Shown in pieces: positions 13,674 through 26,744 of a stretch of DNA of 64,000 bases. The stretch spans positions 1,561,941-1,625,940 of the forward strand of contig BCIN01000003.1 in the NCBI GenBank assembly GCA_039545335.1. The letters are read 5' to 3'. This stretch comes from Kondoa subrosea. Its lineage: Eukaryota. The first letter of the stretch is position 1, and the number at the start of each line of letters is the position of its first letter. The position numbers and the translations under genes are program-made. Under the pieces are notes generated by a model that was not told the origin of the DNA, did not search any database, and was given only the letters and a program-made list of their open reading frames with translations.

Positions 13674-16600
13674 CTATTGCTGTACCGCTTGTTTCCATTG
13701 CTCGAATTCAGCAATTGGCTTGGAAGTCGGACCAATGGTCATCCTGGTATCTCTGAACGAGCTGTCTATTTCTTGTACGCCTTCTTTCAGCTTGGGCATT
13801 TGTAGCTCTTCAATTGCGGTCTTAATCGCTTGTTGTTTCTCTTGACTCATTGAAGCCAAAATAGGTGCGAAGAGTGAAGTGACTTCTTCATATGTTGGGT
13901 TCTGCTTCAGTGATTCTTGGACTTCAGAAGGCAGGTCTATCGCATGTTCTTTCAGTGTCTGTTGCAGTGATTCGAGCATATCGTTGTTGAGTCTTCCTGA
14001 TCGCATGTGGACGGAAACCTTCGACCGCTTTGGCGCTGAAGCTTCAATATATTCAGAATAGAAGGAGAGGAGATCTTGTTTGGTCAGTGCTGCGATAGCG
14101 ACGGCATCTCGGCGTTCTGTCGAAATCTCGAGTTAGCGACCATATGACACAACGTCAAAAGTGAGACTAACTTCGACCAAAGTCGTAATACCCGCTCTGC
14201 ACATGTTGCCAATATTGACCAGTCCTTTAAATACCGATCAGCTCAACTGCTTTTTTCAGATGAGTATGATAAACTTACTCTTGACCCATATTCTTGACAT
14301 CTTCCATTCTTCTGTTGACTAAACTTTGCCGTTGTTTAGCAAACTCTTCATCGCTCATCTTCTCCAAGTGTTCTTTGAATAGTACGAACCAATTCTCGAT
14401 TCTTGCATCAATATAATCCGCATCCCTTTCACTTTGCACAATGACTTGGAATGCGAGGAAGCCAATAGAAGCTCTAGGTGAAGCTTGGACAATGTAACCT
14501 AGTTGTTCTTTGGTTCGTAGTTGATCGAAAGCGGGTTCAGAAGCTAGTTGACCCAAAAGTGCGACACGAGTCCGAATAGCTTCATCTGCGTCGTCACCAA
14601 CGTATAAGAGACTGATGACTGCTGAATTGAGTTGACCTGGATCTTGCACAGGTCTTCGCAAGACATAATTGCCTGTATGCCCTTGACATGTCTATACTAT
14701 AGTAGTATGTTATGACCGAGGACATACCTGTTGGCGGAATGAGACAACGAGCGCTCAATCTCTCTTCCATACTGAGTGGATCAGCACCGATGAGCTTCTC
14801 TGTATCTTTCATCAAAGCCAAAGCATCTTCTTTGACTATGTTTCCATGCACGAGTCCTTCAACATATGAACGAGCGAAGACTTTTGGAATCCATTCTTGC
14901 AGATCTTCGACAGTGAGTTCTACACCTACTGTCAGATGATATCCACGCGCAGCAGGAGAAGGCACTGACTCGGTAAAGCTGCTAACTGTTCCTCAGGCGT
15001 GAACATCTCTTTGACCGTCAAATGCGAAAGATGGAAAGATGCATGTTGATATGGATTGCCTAGGCGGAAGTTCTCCAGTCCACGTTGAAGCTGTCAGCCA
15101 CAAACTGAGCATAACGTTACACTTACGTTTTGCTAGGTCGGACTGACCTGTTCTTTGATCAACTCGAACCGTTTGGGATCGACCTTGAAATTGGTCAGTC
15201 TCTCCAGGACGACCTTATGCAGTACTGGAAGCTTGTCATTGTAACCTTCAACAGCTAAGATGAAATTGCTGAGTTGCGCATTCAGATCATAGCTAAGACC
15301 AGCTAGATCCGCATCGTATGAGTACTCTGTGAGCGAGTCCCTGACCAGGTCGGTATATAGGCGGGCCATGACGTTGGTCTTTGCGGATTCAGTAATAACA
15401 GGTCTGTGAGACAGTACAATCACGGTAAGCTAGAATAGCTAAAGGGCAATCGACAACTCACGATTTGAGTAGGAAGTAGGTCGATGCTCTCGGCACCCAC
15501 CACCTGTCGTCTTTCTTGTGCCATAAACGCGATGAAGCGCTTTCGACGGCAAGAGTCGGTCTTCGCACAGGCTATCAACACATGTAAGGCTTTATCTCTG
15601 CGCCAATGACAATAGCTCACCTCCTTGACCTCCTTCTGATCAATGATATCTAGATTGCTAGGCACAAAAGAGTTCGGCGGTGGTAATTTCAGATCTTCAA
15701 GCGCTTCTCCCTTGCCTTGAGTTTCTTGCACGAACTCTTCTTCAAGCGGCTGCATAGTATATTGAGTTCCATACCACTTCTCCTTCTCGCTATACTCTAA
15801 TCCAGGTAAAGGTGTTTGACTACCGACCAACACTCGAACATTGTTGACGTCTAATTTAGCTATTGATCCAGCTATCTGATCTCTGTTGAACTCGGAAGCA
15901 ACAACAGGTGCAGAAAGGACTTGATCACGAGGATAAGGTTTCTGTAACCATGAAGCCAAAGCGGTAACGTAAGACATGGGTGGGAATTTCTCTTGATAAC
16001 GGAAAGCGATTTCAGAAAGCATGGAAACTTCTTTGAAGGCCCATTCTTGTGGTGGAGTAGTTTTGAGGAGGTTGATGTACTTGAAGATAGTCAGAGCAAC
16101 TTCGTTGTAGTTCTCTGCAAAGTCAAAATCGGCGCCATCAGCTGTAAGCTGAAACCGCCCAAGTTTGACTTGCCTAGGCCTTCTTTGGTCAAATCAACAT
16201 TGATTTTGAACAAGCCGAATCCAGTAGCGCCCATTCCAGGACCAGCGTGCATTCCGTTTGCCCAACCTTTGGCTTTCAGGTAAGACAGGACAGATCCAGC
16301 TCCTTCATGACCGATATAGTGAGCCAAGAAGCTAGATGGTTTACTAGTGAACATGGCATCTTGATCAGGCATAGGGAAAGTGAGTTCTAGTACTCGAACA
16401 TCTTTCACAGTCTTGACAAAGATGTTTTGCTAACAAAACAATCAAGCATCGTATGAGTGTAAAATTCATTTCAATACCCTCATGACTGACCTTTAGTTGT
16501 TCTTGGTTGAAAGGAGAGCTGTCGAACAAGGGAGGTGGCAAATCGCTGTTCTTCGCTTCCGAGAACTTCTCAACCACTAGGTTAGCCAACTCATCTAGCG

Positions 16601-17901
16601 AGCCTGTGCGCCAGTAGAAAGGTCAGTCAATCATTTGACCGACTCGCTCATCCTGCGTACCTTTCCCAAGCACGGCCAATTTGAAGAGGTTGGAACTATA
16701 ATACTTTTTGTGGAACTTGAGTAGTTCTTCTCTCGGATCAAGACCTTGACTTCTTGGAATCGTCCAAAGTGAATCCATATTACCCGTTCCAAAACGCCAG
16801 TAGGAATGATCTTTGCTACTCAATGATTTCTCCAGCTGAAACAATCGCCACATATCCCTGTACGCCGCAATATACCCCATCAGAATGATCTGAAAGTGCA
16901 AGACCTAAGCGCACGATTGTAAATTCTTCTTATTCTCTGAATCAACAGCTTGGATTTCCCTCTCTGTACATGAGGCATCGAAAAGTGGAGCAATGAAGAA
17001 TTGGGCGAAACGATCTAAAGCGCCTTCCAACCCATCTGGATGCACGTCGAAATGGTAGCTAAATCACTGTGAGCGAAGAAGTGGAGAGAAGAGAAAGGCT
17101 TACTTCGTTTCGTCCATCCCGGTGAAGGCGTTCGACGATCCAGAATTTTGTGCTAGATACTGCGAAGAATGGTCAGCTACATTATACAGTAGAAGAACAA
17201 TTACATACTTCGCTGTATTCATTCTCTTTTGGATACTGTAGTTGTGCAGACTCTGTATCAGCTATGCTGAACAAACAATTTGTAGCACCTACTTTCTCGG
17301 TTCCCATGAACAGCAGATGCTCGCTGTCGAGACATCAGATCATACTCATTGTGGAAGAGAACGCTTACCAGAAATGCGCAAGACCTTGCAGCTCTTCCTA
17401 TCGAGTAGAACGGGATCCTTAGCACACCAACATGCCCAACTCCTTCTTCTGCTCACAGGATCACTCAGATGCCCTACTCTAACATTCAAAGCAGCAGCCG
17501 CTTTATCTGTTGTTGGATCGCTACAGAGTAAAGCTTCCAATCCGTTCTCCAAACGAATCATTCTGTTGTCGCAACTCAGCTTCCATCAGTGTCATTAACA
17601 TCATAGCACACCTGTAGTCCCTGTTATCGTTCTCACTCTTCTGTATAGGTGTTTGTAGGACAGCATAGCGTTTACCATGCTGTTCTGTGAATTGCGTATA
17701 ACCTTGAGGTAACCTGCTTGCGTCCAAATGTTCAAAATGAGGACTGAGTTTAAGTGCTGCTGATAAAGTAGGTTGAGATGAAGTAGACTGCAGCATTGTA
17801 GCTAGCGATCGAGACCCAAGAGATGATGATGAAAGAGTTGTCCTTGATGCAGAACAACGGAGGCGTAGTGGAACAGATCTGGTTATCGAGCGAAGTAGCA
17901 T
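13674..17901 (-). CDS. STE23: Insulysin/Ste23 M16A metallopeptidase with N-terminal mitochondrial-type presequence
   Basis: Inverted zinc motif [17 protein letters not shown] split by an intron; [27 protein letters not shown]. Contains a GC-AG intron near 16116-16174. Confidence 0.93.
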
Positions 17902-18084
17902 AGACCAATCGAGAAATACAGCTAAGACAAGAACAAAGGTAGACAGAAGAAGAAAGCGCTTGTGGAGGTTTGGCATCGAAAACAAAAGCCTGGAAATCTC
18001 CCAAAGGGATGACTCGCTTACAAACGAACGGCCAGGTCACCCCTTCTCTGGCTCTTCTTCTGCAAGCGATATAGGTGCTTAAAC

Positions 18085-18818
18085 TTGTGCTACAATCCTG
18101 AAGCAACGAATGACTCTCAAAGATCGCTGGCAGCTTTTTGCGATGGAAGCTCAAGTCGCCAGAACCTGCTTTGCTCGGATGCGTTGCTGTACTGTAACGG
18201 AAATGTGCATCTCACAAGGCGAGTATCTGCTCGGAGCCGTGCTGATGCTGTGCGCAGACACGGTCCAGCGACACTACACAGCGCAGGCCATACTAGTGAT
18301 CTTCGGGTTTTCTTTCTTACCTACATCATGATTGATTGTCTTCCATCTCATTCCATGCTTTTGGTGCTTTCCAGAGCGCTTGAGTGGCGACGTGCGGACC
18401 TCGTTGCTACGAGGCTATTTCTCCTTCCGTGCTCTAGTCTGCTACGTGTCGTCGCGCCGCCGGTACTAGCGGATCATACTATGCGTCGACATTCAAGTCG
18501 GATATGAGTCTTCCCAGAATCTATGAGGTTGTAGAGCACGAATGGTCACTTTCTGCCTGGGTCTTTTTCGGACCATGTCAGACAGTGACGTTTCGACAGC
18601 AGCTCTGATTAAATGTACCTGATGTACGTCTCTCTCTCTCTTCTTCAGCGCTAATAGTGGCTGACAATGCGGCAGGTATAGCTGAAGGGACGATTGAAGC
18701 AGTGAATGACATCGAGGTCAATATGGCAGGTTTCAGTTCGCATTGTATAGATCGTGTCTAAGCGCACATCACAGCCTATACTGAGCACAAGCTCGCGTAT
18801 GAGGTGCATAGAGCTTGA
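18085..18818 (+). pseudogene. Spliced-looking locus without a clean reading frame (orphan gene relic or lncRNA)
   Basis: Several donor/branch/acceptor sets (gcgagt..ctgat..cag ~18219-18257; gtacgt..ctgac..cag ~18624-18676), but the short segment near 18600 has stops in all three frames. Confidence 0.25.
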
Positions 18819-19050
18819 CCTGCCTTATGAAATTACTTGTGTTTTCATCTTGAAACGAGGACGCGACTTATCTCATTCTTTGCTCTGTAGCACCCACGCC
18901 GTTGGTCACTAGAGTCAGTATCGCACTCTCAGCAGCAACGCGCCGACTCTTGTTCTCTCTGTGATCGTTTGCATTTCCGTCTCATTTTTGCCTTTGAATT
19001 GTTCGTAAAGTCTGCATTCACTTGCGTAGCTCAAAGTACATCTACAGATC

Positions 19051-21311
19051 ATGACAACATTATCTAACGGCGCGCTTGCCGCCATTTATCATGGTACTGG
19101 AGGCGAAATCACTCAATCACCTACTGTCCAAATCTTGAGTTGCAAGAAAGTCTCTTCCGCTCCTGCTGCAACTGGAACAGCAACAGATCGATACAGGTGG
19201 GTCTCTTGAGGTCATTCCCGCAAACCAGGTATTGACCTTTTTGAGACCACAGAATCATCCTTTCTGATGGAGATCATTTCATGCAAGCTATGTTGGCCAC
19301 TCAAAACAATCATTTAGTCGAAGACGGGCAATTGGACAAGCTGTCGGTCCTGACTTTGGATCAGTATGCTTGCAATGTTATTTCCAACAGAAAGTACGCG
19401 TTTTCTTTCCTTACGAAATGTGAAAGAGTCTGATCAGCAAATGTATGGATAGAATCATCATCATGCTCGGTGTTACACCAATCTCCATTGCAGCAGGCAA
19501 AATTGGAGAACCGAAATCAATGGAAGAAGCAGCATCGAATGGTCCTGCTGCTGCTCCTACCGCATCATCATTAAAGAAAGAAGAACCGGTACAACAAGTA
19601 ATGGGTCGAGGTGGACCTGCTTCAAGAGGTGCAAGAGGTGGAAGTTCTTCTCGCGGCGGAAGACAAGCTCAAAGCGGTCCTTCCAATGCTCCGATTTACC
19701 CTATTGAAGGTTTATCGCCTTATCAAAACAAGTGGACTATCAAAGCTAGAGTCATCAACAAGAGTGATATTAAACATTGGTCGAACGCTAAAGGTGAAGG
19801 GAAATTATTCAACGTGACTTTGATGGACGAAACGGTGCGTGAAGTCGTTTACTCGTAGATATTACGTCAAGCTGAACGACAATCATTTGGCGCAGGGTGA
19901 AATCAGAGCAACTGGATTCAATGAAGCGGTCGATAATCTTTACAACACTCTCGAACAAGGCAAAGTTTACTTCATTTCCAAAGCAAGAGTCAACATTGCC
20001 AAGAAACAATTCAACAATGTCAACAACGAGTATGAGATTTCTTTTGGTAACGATTCAGAGGCAGAGCTGGTCAGTGTGCTTGACTGCGATTTCAGTTTGA
20101 AGGCTGATGTCGCGCATACGATCTGACAGTGCACAGATACGGATAATGTTCCGGAAATGCGCTTCGACTTTGTTGAATTGAGTGGCATTGCGGAACTGGA
20201 GAAAGATCAGACTTGTGATGTTTTAGCTGTGGTAAAGGAAGTTGGTGATTTGGGAAGCATTACCTCAAAAGCGACTCAAAGACCGGTGCGTGAAGCATCT
20301 GGCACCTCAGCTTGAGCTGATTAGCCCCTGGCCTCATGTACAGATCTCAAAACGAGATTTGGTCCTGGTCGACAAATCTGCCTACTCGATCAGAATGACC
20401 GTCTGGGGCAAACAAGCTGAGAGTCTCTCATTCGATGCGGATTCTCAACCGGTCATTGCTTTCCGGGGAGTCAAAGTTGGTGATTTCGGCGGTCGATCTC
20501 TCAGCATGGTTTCCTCTTCCACAATGATGGTCGAACCGGATATTGCCAATGCTCACGAACTACGTGGATGGTATGATTCTGCTGGTCAGACTACTGCTAT
20601 CCAATCGCATTCAAGTGCTGGCGGATCTGGTTCAGGACCTGTTTTCAAAATCGGTAACGCAAAAACTATCAATGACATTAAAGAAGAAGGTTTAGGCATG
20701 TCTGATACTCCTCAGTACTTTGATCTTCGAGCTACTACCGTTTTCATCAAGCAAGAATCATTCTCTTACCCTGCTTGTCCTGCTGATCGATGCAACAAGA
20801 AGTTGATCATGGAAGGAAACGAGGAGTGGAGGTGCGAGAAGTGTGATAGGATGTATCCTGCCCCAGAGTATCGGTGAGTGGCCGAAAGGACGATGTTGGA
20901 CTTCGCCCTGATTTCGGTATCGTTCTCTACCGCAGCTATGTCCTTTCACTCTCTGTTGGCGATCATTCGGGTCAATGCTGGTTATCGGGCTTCAACGACG
21001 TCGGACAACTAATTCTGGGAGTCAGCGCTGGTGAATTGGAAGGCATGAAGCAAGAAGACGAAGCTGCTTTCCGTAAAGTATTCCAGCAAGCAGCTGGCAA
21101 AACGTACAACTTTGGATGCCGAGCGAAGAGCGACACTTACAACGATCAAGTGAAAGTCCGTTATCAGATCCAGAAAGCTACTGCTGTAAATTGGGTCGAA
21201 GCTGGCAAACATTTGATTGAGCAGATTGCGGCTGTGAGTGATTCGATAGCTGTTCTGAGTGTGAAGCTGATATCGACTGTCGGCTGCTCGCAGTATGGCA
21301 TTGGTTTCTGA
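19051..21311 (+). CDS. RFA1: Replication protein A large subunit (RPA70)
   Basis: N-terminal OB (DRYRIILSDG), [32 protein letters not shown]4 zinc ribbon [12 protein letters not shown]...CEKCD. Confidence 0.97.
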
Positions 21312-21664
21312 GTGACTGATCTCTGAGCTTTGATCCGGCCTATCTGCTCTGCGGTGTAATTTGCTTCGGAAATGTACTTTGATGCGAAACTCTACACTAG
21401 TATAGGTTGCTTTGAGACCTTGCCGCCCGTGCTCGCATGCTATGCTGGATGCGAGTTCGGAAGGTTGATTCGTGACTATGACTAAGAAAGCAATACCTGC
21501 CCGCTGATACCCTCGCAACTGCTAGACAAAGAAAGACAGCTGGAATATACCTTGATCGCGCTTGAGAAATCCATTGGCTTCGACCTTTCCTAATCTCGCA
21601 CTGCCTGTACTTCTGGCAATCCTATCGAATTGGGTAGCTCCAGGCTCAAGCAAGGCTTGCATCC

Positions 21665-24132
21665 ATGCAAGCTCTATTCAATACGTAGTAAGGACAGCAT
21701 AGCCAATGCCGAGAGCTATGCTAAGCGCATGCATTCAGCTTGGCTGATACGCTTATCCCCAGCAATATCACCTTCTTTGGAGGTAGCATCTCCAAGACGG
21801 CTGCCTATTTCACTGGAGGCAAACCTCTGCCAGTCGCCGGAAGCTCAGATTGGCTCCCTACCTTGGCGGAATCACTTCGTTCGCCGGACTATGAACATTT
21901 CGCTCGCTTGACATTGGAGAAGATGGATTTGAGCTATCCGATACCAGGACCATGGAGTTTCTTCTCTTCTTCGTAGGTTCAAACTGTTGCAAGGAGAGTC
22001 AACGCTGAATGTGCAAGGGACAGTTATGCCGTTGCGCTCGTCGCTTTAGCTGTGCTGGTCAATAGAATACAAGTGAGATTCTTGAATCTGGTGGTTGTAC
22101 CCTTTGACATGCTCTACAGAGCGTTGTGCCGCCTCGAAGACAGTTCAGGTTGCAGCCAGGAATGCGTATCAGCTTGAGACTTCCTTGTCTGTGCGTTTCG
22201 ATCCATGCTCATGCTGCAATATCAATTCAATGCGACTGTAGGGTCTTTCTTGGTCGTTCGATATGGCTGGTACTATCGAAATTCGCATACGGCACGCAAT
22301 CAGAAGCAAGAATTATTGGCATAATGAGAGCAATTCTGAGCTCTGCTTATGCTGAGAAGAGCGACTCAAGCGTCATGTGGTCTGTCTTTCTGTCGCTCGG
22401 AATAGCTGCCTTGAGTGAGGCTTTCGTAAAAGCTTTGAATAACGAGTAAGTAATCTCTGGTGGTACTTGAAACCCTTAGCTAAGAGTGTCTCTAGTCCTC
22501 GCAATCACCCAACAGTCAATCTATTATCAGTCTCATATCTACTACATTTTCACTCTACGCCAGCTTCTTCTCCTATTTTGCGCCCATCGCCTTTCACTTA
22601 TCTTCTTATAGCAATGACCCTTCTCGAAGTCTTATCTCTACAATGTATGGAAACCTTTGAGCTCAATATCAGACTACTGGTCACCGGAACGTTCAGCATC
22701 CTCAGTCAAGGCGTTCTCCTAACTCTGATGTTTGGCGCGGATCTTTTCGAATACGATCCAGTAGCTGTCAGCGCTCTGCTACCTGCTCTTCGACATCTGA
22801 CAAGACTGTCCGAAATGCTCTTTTTTGTTATCTCGCTAGTCACCATTGGATTGCATGCTGCTGCGCAACTGGTAGTAGAAGGGAGAGTTACAAGTCGGAT
22901 CTTTGGTCATCAAGCTCGATGGCCATCTATGTCAGATGACTTTTCGATAGCTGTCATCATGGTAGATGTCTCTTGCTCTACAAGCAACGCAATTTCTAAC
23001 TGCACTTCTAGTATGGCTCTTCCTGTCTAGAGGCAAACGCTCTTTCTGGTCTCAGCAACGAAGTCGGGACAGTAACAGCAGCCCCAGAACCATATATTGA
23101 ACTTCGAACGAATGGTCAAATAGTAGAACAACTCGATCCAGCTACTAATCGTCCGTCAATTTTCCAGACTGGTCGAGGCAACGCCATCACTCTCTCTTCC
23201 TCCAATGGATTCGATACTGAAATTAAAGATATCCGAGCTAAAAGAGCTTCACCGATCGATTCCGATGCGCCAGATCAGCTGAACAGAAATCCAGGCGTCA
23301 TGCGAGAAATCTTAAGGTTCTGTTGGGCTTTCTTAAGAGTAGTTCTTGGAGTTGTGAGACTAGTAGGAAAACATGTTGGGCATTGGTTGTGTTTGGAAAA
23401 GCTTGCTTCTGGTCAGCGGTTCCATGCCAAAGTTTTGCGCTTCTTTGGTGTAAGAACGACATCTCAAGTTTTGGTCGAACGCTTTATGGCTGCTGGATGG
23501 AAAATTGTTAGACCTACAGATGATGAAGAGGCAGAAGACGAAGATTTCAGGCCTGATTCAGATGAATCGTCCAGCTCAGAAGACGACAGCGAAAATGAGA
23601 GTGAAGAAGTATCAAGAGAGAACACGCCTATTCCAGAGAACGCGATTGAACTATATACGGAACAACTACAGCAAAGCGTTAATGATGGAGAAGACGTCAA
23701 TTCTGTTCTTTTGGCCCATCTCACGTCTTCTCAGTCTCTCACGCGACGTCGCTACTCTACTCTGATACCCAGCGCTACAGCATTAGAAAATGTAATTGAA
23801 CGGAGAAGAAGTTCTGCACCTTTATCGCCTGAGCGAATCGATCAGCTGGAGATCCAGACCCTGTGTGCTATTTGTCGAACGGAACCAAGAACTTGTCTTT
23901 TTTGGCCTTGCAGGTGCCTGGCTCTGTAATTACAGCTCTATAAGTCCACTGGTGATTCACTGACTTGTTTTGGTGCAGATGTAATGATTGTCGAGAGCAG
24001 CTGGCATCAGTAAGTACCTCCTCCTTGCGACCGCTTCGGAAGCTGAAGACCAAACAGATGCCCTCTTCTGCAAATATCTGCCCAACCTGTCGCAAGCAAG
24101 TCGATGGATTTAGTCGCGTCTTCATCCCTTGA
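21665..24132 (+). CDS. Multi-TM RING E3 ubiquitin ligase of the Asi1/Asi3 type
   Basis: Several TM segments, PGPWSFF, NRIQ, and C-terminal RING CAICRTEPRTCLFWPCRCLALCNDC...CPTCRKQVDGFSRVFIP*. The start exon is tentative. Confidence 0.82.
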
Positions 24133-24282
24133 TCGAGCCGCTTTCGTTTGCTCTTCTCTGCATTTTTTAAGGGTCATCAGTGTCATGTACATAACAGTAG
24201 CATTGTATCATGAGTTTGTATGTGTCTGAATCAACCTTTGTGAAATTCGACATCCTCTACCAAAAACCGTCGTTTGCTAAAA

Positions 24283-25402
24283 ATGTCTGAACAGCTAATC
24301 GAGATCCAACACTGCTCTGTATCTCAGTATTTGCCCGGCAAGAGCGATATTCCACTGTCTGATGGACCTTTGGCCTTGATTCAGTCTACGGACAATCAGC
24401 TCAAGGTGAGCATTCGAATACCTCACTCTGTGCTGAGCTGAGGCTCATGAATTGATCACAGCTTGTCTGTGGTACTGCTGCCTTCTCTCTGGATCCAAAG
24501 CATCCTTTCTACTCGAACACCGAGAGCGCTCGCATTTACATTTTCTCCCCCTTCTTATCCGCAACTGAGAATTCTGGTTTCTACGTCAAAGTTCTGCTTC
24601 CCGAGTCCATTCAAGAAGAAGGCAGCGCTTCACAGAAACAGCGAGATGACTTTGAAGGGATCTTGATCAAGCGAGGTTTCCTTAAAGAAGGTGTTGCAGC
24701 CATGATAGCGGAATATGGAGCTGATGTTGGGGATGAGGTACAAAAGAAGAAGACCAATTACCTCTCCAGCACTGAGTCCGGAGATGTTGGCCAATTCAGC
24801 GATTTGTCTCACAAGATTGCCGATCGAGCTGTCGAATACTCTCATGCTGCTGCTGATCTGTCTGCTGAGTTCAGCAAAGTTGTTGTACGTCACTTATCTT
24901 CCGCCTGAAGGCTGGATCTGAGACTCGAAACAGGGCAACGCTGCGCACACGGTCGGCGCCAAATTTGCCGACTTAGTCTCTTCAACTACATCAAAAGACG
25001 GTCAAACTTTAGGCGGAGAAGGAAGTGGTGGCATTCTTTCCGATCCCAAAGTAGCAGCAACTGCCGATCGAGTCAAATTGGGAGCGAGTCAAGCTGCAAC
25101 AAGTTTGGGCAATGTAGCTGCTGGATTGACAGCTGGGTAAGCTTCTCTCATTGATTTGAAACCAAGCTAAGTTGAAGAACAGCCTGACCTCTGCATACAA
25201 CTCAGCAACTCAGGCAGCCCAGGAAGTCATCCAGCACAACTTCGGTTCAGATGCGGCTCAACTGTCGTCTCAAGCTGGTCAAACTACTGCCAATTTAGGT
25301 GAAACGGCTGGCAACGCTACAATGGCTACTTCTGCTGTATTCCATGGTGGTAAAGCTGTTGAAGGTGCTTATCAAGGTGAAAAGAGTGGCGATAAGGCTT
25401 AG
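24283..25402 (+). CDS. Probable Senescence/spartin-like domain protein
   Basis: Four-exon splice; beta-rich N-terminal domain followed by Ala/Gly-rich amphipathic helices (ATQAAQEVIQHNFGSDAAQL) resembling the Senescence domain C-terminus. Confidence 0.55.
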
Positions 25403-25511
25403 AGCGAGCAGATCGAGCAGAATGTTATAACAATTTGTAGTATATAAAATCTAAGTAGAACATATGGGTATCTTCTATGTGATATCAGTACATCTCACGT
25501 ATGCTACCTCT

Positions 25512-26383
25512 CTAGATCGGTATCGCTTTCATCTCTTTTTCGTTCCAATCTAAGGTGAGATTTCAACATGAGAGAATTTTGGCAGAAGTGTCATGCTTAC
25601 ATCTTTTCATGTTCTCAGCTCGTAAGGAATGTACTTCGCTGTCGAGATGAAGAAATAGAATGTCCTTGAAGGTGTCTGATAACCAAATCATTCAGATGCT
25701 TCAACTGATATAGAAAGGTCTGACTTACCCATGATTCCCCTCAATTCAGCTGGATCATACTCCTTCTCTCTTGACTGCACTTCGCTGAGGTATTCTTCGT
25801 ATTTACTGCGAAACACGATTAAATTTGCCGGGATCGATGAAATTTGAAGACTAACTCTAAGCCATCATGAATTTGCTTGTGCTCATCTTTGTGCTCATTC
25901 TTGAACTCTGGCATCTTCTTGGCTAGTACTCTGTAAGTTTGGGATTCCGTCCTTAGCGAATATACTTCGCAGAGTCACAAGGTCCCGCTTACGGCTGTAG
26001 CAGAACCGTTAGCTCAATCCCGCTACGAAGAGGAAGCAGGACATACGAAGATATATTTCTCCTCTATCGAATGATGCACACCAAGATGCTGATGCAGACT
26101 CGCAGCAAAACGCAAGAAACTGTTTTTGTTCATTCCGAGCCTTTCGAACGTATCTGCAAACTTGTATATTTCTGTGAAATGCGAGCGGAAACGATCATGA
26201 TACTGAATCCACAAAATTAGTACTGGCAGCATTGTTCGCTTTGAGGAAGGAACGAACTTGGATCATATCGTATTGCAGTCGACCCCAAATCCTTTTCTCC
26301 TGAGGCGTCAGCTTCAATTCTTCCAGTACTGGTTTCTCTACTGCTACAGCGGCAGGTGCGGAACTTTCTATTATGGTAGACAT
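25512..26383 (-). CDS. Hemerythrin HHE cation-binding domain protein, copy 1
   Basis: Ligand pattern YHDRFR / HHSIEEKYIFP / EHKQIHDGL / HLDSE; ends WNEKEMKAIPI*. Includes a 2-nt exon at 25993-25994. Confidence 0.88.
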
Positions 26384-26540
26384 GGTGGCTATTCTAGCTG
26401 GTAGACGACAAGTGGAAGCGCGGAGGAGGTGAGAGAAAGCAATGATTGGGAATAAGAGACACAATAAGGGAATTAAGAGCAGCAGAATGACTGTGAAGTG
26501 ATTGCGGAACAAGCAGAGAAGGGAAGAAACAGAAATGCTT

Positions 26541-26560
26541 AATAATGCAGACGGAGTTAA
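26541..26560 (-). promoter_or_regulatory. Upstream motif TTAACTCCG-N5-ATTATT shared with hemerythrin copy 2 (33807-33826)
   Basis: The same motif lies ~160-200 nt upstream of both paralog ATGs; it contains a CGG/CCG triplet like Zn2Cys6 half-sites. Confidence 0.35.
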
Positions 26561-26744
26561 GTATCGCTGACAGGCAGATCCTCGAGACTTGACAAAGCCA
26601 TCAAAGATCAGTATACTCGCATCTCTGTTCCAGAACACAAGCTGACACAAGCGCGAACTGGCCAATGGAGTTTCGGTGATTTGCGCCAACTTGGCTTGTC
26701 GAGCTACGGCGAGCATCGAGTCCCACTACACAACGCATACCATT

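Noticed and set aside
26195..26716. ORF-track ATG at 26716 (and ATGs at ~33754-33760 for copy 2) as the true hemerythrin start
   Set aside because: These ATGs abut the neighbouring genes, and the paralog frames disagree upstream of the TTG/CTG, so the far-upstream part is not conserved coding sequence.
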